NCBI GenBank assembly: GCA_050331735.1
Contig: JBHJGN010000001.1
Coordinates: forward strand, 32,001-96,000
Source of the DNA: Cyanophyceae cyanobacterium
GTDB taxonomy: Bacteria; Cyanobacteriota; Cyanobacteriia; Cyanobacteriales; JBHJGN01
Direction: 5' to 3'
DNA length: 64,000 nt
Shown here piece after piece: positions 61,339 to 64,000 of this stretch; the stretch's first letter is position 1, and each line of letters opens with the position of its first letter. Made by a program: the position numbers and the translations under genes. Under the pieces are notes generated by a model. It had not been told where the DNA came from and did not search any database. It worked only from the letters and a program-made list of their open reading frames with translations.

Positions 61339-62460
61339 ATGACCCCGGAAATTTCAACGGTAGATGTGTTGCAGCTCGCTTCTGGCGATCGCCTACAGAT
61401 TCAGATATACCAGTTTAAGGGAGCGCAGCCGGGCAAGAAAGCCTACCTCCAGGCTAATCTTCACGGAGCGGAAATCGTTGGCAATGCGGTGATTGAGCGT
61501 CTGATTCAGTTTTTAGGAACTTTAACGGCTGAACAGCTCGTTGGGGAAATTTGGCTAGTTCCGGCGTGTAACCCTGTGAGCACCAATCAGCGCTCTCACT
61601 TCTTCTCAACGGGGCGCTACAATAGCTACGATGGCAAAGACTGGAACCGCATTTGGGACTATGAAGCAGGGGACATTCAAACTTTTGCTCAAGCTCACCT
61701 CGATTTAGATCCAGAAGAGATTAGAACCCGGTATCTATCTCAGCTCAAAGGCATCTTTCAACAGCAATTAGCAGACATTCAGCGCCCGAGCAGCGTTGAG
61801 TATGGTCAGTACTTCCGCTTCCAGCTTCAGTCGCTCTGTTTAGATGCTAACTACGTCATCGATCTGCATAGCTCTAGCAACCACGGCATTGACTATCTTT
61901 ACTGCTTTCACAGTCGCGAAGCCAGCGCTCCGTATTTGCTCCTGGAGTACGGCATTTTGATGAAGGAGTACGATGGCATTTCCTTTGATGAAGCGTTTAT
62001 GAAGCCGTGGTTAGAGTTAGAAGCCCAGTTCGCTCAGTTGGGCCACCCGGTTCGGTTTGATGTTGAATCGTGGACTTTGGAGCTCGGGACAGGCATGCAG
62101 CTTAATCCTATATCGGTGGACAAGGGAGTGGCTGGGATTAAGAACTATCTGATTTACAAAGGAATGCTCGCCATCGCTGATTCTCATCCCTTAGCTTCAA
62201 CCGCCATCACGCTGGTTGAAAAGAGTAGGCTGAAGAAGTATTACGCGCCCACTGGCGGCATGATTCAGCATAGAGTCCCGCTTAGGAAGACTGTTCAGGC
62301 TGGAGAAAAACTTTACCAAATTCTCAGATTTTCCCTAGGGCAGTTGCCAATCGTCGTGGACGTTTGTGCCGAGCAAGATGGCTTAGTCTACGATGTTTCT
62401 ACTAACGAAGCCGTCAATCAAGGAGAATACGTTTTGTCTATGATGAATGCCAGGAATTAA
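61339..62460 (+). CDS. Succinylglutamate desuccinylase/aspartoacylase family (M14-like) protein
   Basis: HGAE, PACNP, DWNR and IDLHS; C-terminal barrel-sandwich-like tail. Confidence 0.88.
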   Translation: MTPEISTVDVLQLASGDRLQIQIYQFKGAQPGKKAYLQANLHGAEIVGNAVIERLIQFLGTLTAEQLVGEIWLVPACNPVSTNQRSHFFSTGRYNSYDGKDWNRIWDYEAGDIQTFAQAHLDLDPEEIRTRYLSQLKGIFQQQLADIQRPSSVEYGQYFRFQLQSLCLDANYVIDLHSSSNHGIDYLYCFHSREASAPYLLLEYGILMKEYDGISFDEAFMKPWLELEAQFAQLGHPVRFDVESWTLELGTGMQLNPISVDKGVAGIKNYLIYKGMLAIADSHPLASTAITLVEKSRLKKYYAPTGGMIQHRVPLRKTVQAGEKLYQILRFSLGQLPIVVDVCAEQDGLVYDVSTNEAVNQGEYVLSMMNARN

Positions 62461-62469
62461 AACTGCAAA

Positions 62470-63408
62470 GTGGAGCACAGCGATTTGACGGATACAGTTA
62501 TTCCGATGGCCCCAGAGGGGTTTAAATCCGGATTCGTCGGAATTGTGGGACGACCCAACGTGGGGAAATCGACTCTCATGAATCAACTGGTGGGGCAGAA
62601 AATCGCCATCACCTCTCCCGTTGCTCAGACGACGCGCAACCGCCTCAGAGGAATTTTGACCACCGACCGCGCCCAGCTCATCTTTGTCGATACCCCCGGA
62701 ATCCACAAACCCCACCACGAACTCGGTAAGGTGCTGGTTAAAAACGCCCAGAGAGCGATCGCCTCGGTGGATGTGGTGCTGTTGGTTGTTGACAGTACCG
62801 GGGTTGCCGGAGGCGGCGATCGCTTTATTGTCGATCTGCTCAAGCAGTCTTCTGTTCCGGTGATTCTTGGTCTCAATAAGTCGGATCTCCAGCCAGCCGA
62901 GTATCACCCCATCGATGATACCTATCGGCAAATTGCCGAGGAACACAACTGGTCTATTGTCAAGTTTTCCGCCTTGACAGGAGCCGGACTAGCATCGCTT
63001 CAGCAACTCCTGAGCGACCGTCTCGAACCAGGCCCCTATTACTATCCTCCCGATTTAGTGACTGACCAGCCAGAGCGGTTTATTATGGGCGAACTGATTC
63101 GAGAACAAATCCTGTTGCTGACCCGTCAAGAAATTCCCCATTCAGTCGCCATCACCGTAGAAAAAGTTGAAGAAACCCCCCGCATTACCCGAGTTTTTGC
63201 CGCCATCAACGTTGAAAGAGACTCTCAAAAAGGCATTCTCATTGGTAAAAAAGGCAGTATGCTCAAAGCCATTGGCACTCAAGCAAGAGAGCAAATGCAA
63301 AAGCTCATTGCCGGAGATGTCTATCTTGAGCTATTTGTCAAAGTTCAGCCGAAGTGGAGACAGTCGCGGTTACGCCTAGCCGAACTCGGCTACCGAGTTG
63401 AAGACTAG
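62470..63408 (+). CDS. era: GTPase Era
   Basis: GRPNVGKST, QTTR, DTPG, NKSD, and KH domain ILIGKKG. Confidence 0.97.
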   Translation: MEHSDLTDTVIPMAPEGFKSGFVGIVGRPNVGKSTLMNQLVGQKIAITSPVAQTTRNRLRGILTTDRAQLIFVDTPGIHKPHHELGKVLVKNAQRAIASVDVVLLVVDSTGVAGGGDRFIVDLLKQSSVPVILGLNKSDLQPAEYHPIDDTYRQIAEEHNWSIVKFSALTGAGLASLQQLLSDRLEPGPYYYPPDLVTDQPERFIMGELIREQILLLTRQEIPHSVAITVEKVEETPRITRVFAAINVERDSQKGILIGKKGSMLKAIGTQAREQMQKLIAGDVYLELFVKVQPKWRQSRLRLAELGYRVED

Positions 63409-63630
63409 CGCCGCAGGCGCGGGAAAAGGGGAAAAAGTTGCTCCGCAACGGGGAAAGGGGAAATTATTGAGCTTATTTCTTAGCTCTGTGTTCTTTTGCT
63501 GTCCCGCACCGGACAGATTTCCCCTTCCCCGTCCCAACCGGGACAATTTCCCCTTTTCCCTTTCCCCATCGCGGAGCGATTTCCCCCTTCCCCGTCCCAA
63601 CCGGGACAATTTGCCCGCGCCTGCGGTGCT
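63407..63630. mobile_element. MITE-like 224-bp modular repeat with 17-bp terminal inverted repeats
   Basis: AGCGCCGCAGGCGCGGG (63407-63423) versus CCCGCGCCTGCGGTGCT (63614-63630), one mismatch; exact internal 29-nt direct repeat at 63521-63549 and 63584-63612. Mobility is inferred only. Confidence 0.6.
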
Positions 63631-63736
63631 TCTTTACCAAAATTAATTATTTAAATGGTATTTCCGGGCGTAATCCTGGGTACGTTAGCTCTAGCTTCAA
63701 GGGTTGCTAGCTTATCGTTGGCTCAGGAAATTCGCT

Positions 63737-64000
63737 GTGCAAAAGAAATCTCTCACCGGAAAAACGACGATTCCAGAATATCTCGACCAAGCAGAGTTCA
63801 AGGGAGAAGTTTTGCTTCAACTTGGACAAATGCTTCAGATGTTGAAGCAAGGGAATCACCCCGAATGCCGCAAACAGCTACAGGAGCAATGTCAGCAGCT
63901 ATCAGAGCTTGGCCAAGAAGCCAAGCTTTATCAGTGGGTGACGCTGCTGCAAACGGCTCAAAGAGCGATCGCCAATCGCGACAATCCGTTTCAGGAAACG
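63737..64000 (+). CDS. Partial CDS running off the window; helical domain resembling the C-terminal half of cyanobacterial Hpt-domain proteins
   Basis: GTG after AGGA; VQKKSLTGKTTIPEYLDQAEFKGEVLLQLGQMLQMLKQ...RKQLQEQCQQLSELG...WVTLLQTAQRAIAN. Confidence 0.55.
   Translation, partial: MQKKSLTGKTTIPEYLDQAEFKGEVLLQLGQMLQMLKQGNHPECRKQLQEQCQQLSELGQEAKLYQWVTLLQTAQRAIANRDNPFQET

Noticed and set aside
63500..63615. CRISPR-like array (29-nt direct repeat twice with a 34-nt gap)
   Set aside because: Only two repeats, the gap is itself made of the same purine-run/hairpin modules, and there are no cas genes or leader.
63376..63646. ORFs 63376-63609 and 63398-63646, and similarly 22274-22513
   Set aside because: Low-complexity translations of the repeat element (GRGRGK, FPLP), not credible genes.

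Overview
This is cyanobacterial chromosome. The HIP1 octamer GCGATCGC is abundant, heptamer STRR-like intergenic repeats occur, and cyanobacteria-specific genes are present (two nblA, pxcA, ccb1, hik2, gifA, rbp3, spkA, sigE, ndhV, cruE-like). The window is mostly core genome: translation (rpsB-tsf, pyrH-frr, rsmB, prmA, era), DNA metabolism (priA, recG, scpB), peptidoglycan recycling (anmK, murQ), metabolism (serA, rpiA, speB, msrA), a wza-wzc polysaccharide export pair and a natFGH/aap-type amino-acid ABC transporter. I saw no rRNA, tRNA, CRISPR array, transposase, integrase or prophage, and no multi-gene novel system that I can support. The most unusual signals are smaller. (1) A family of modular non-coding elements (polypurine runs alternating with 4-5 bp mini-hairpins; one copy has 17-bp terminal inverted repeats) starts at gene stop codons and has also been absorbed into two coding sequences. 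(2) A response-regulator/GGDEF gene splits the amino-acid ABC operon in antisense orientation, and an exact 17-bp inverted repeat brackets its divergent promoter region. (3) A 31-aa membrane micro-protein was missed by the ORF track. (4) Perfect NtcA boxes lie at gifA and at an uncharacterised DUF3155 gene. All gene names come from recognition of motifs and remembered homologues, not from database searches.
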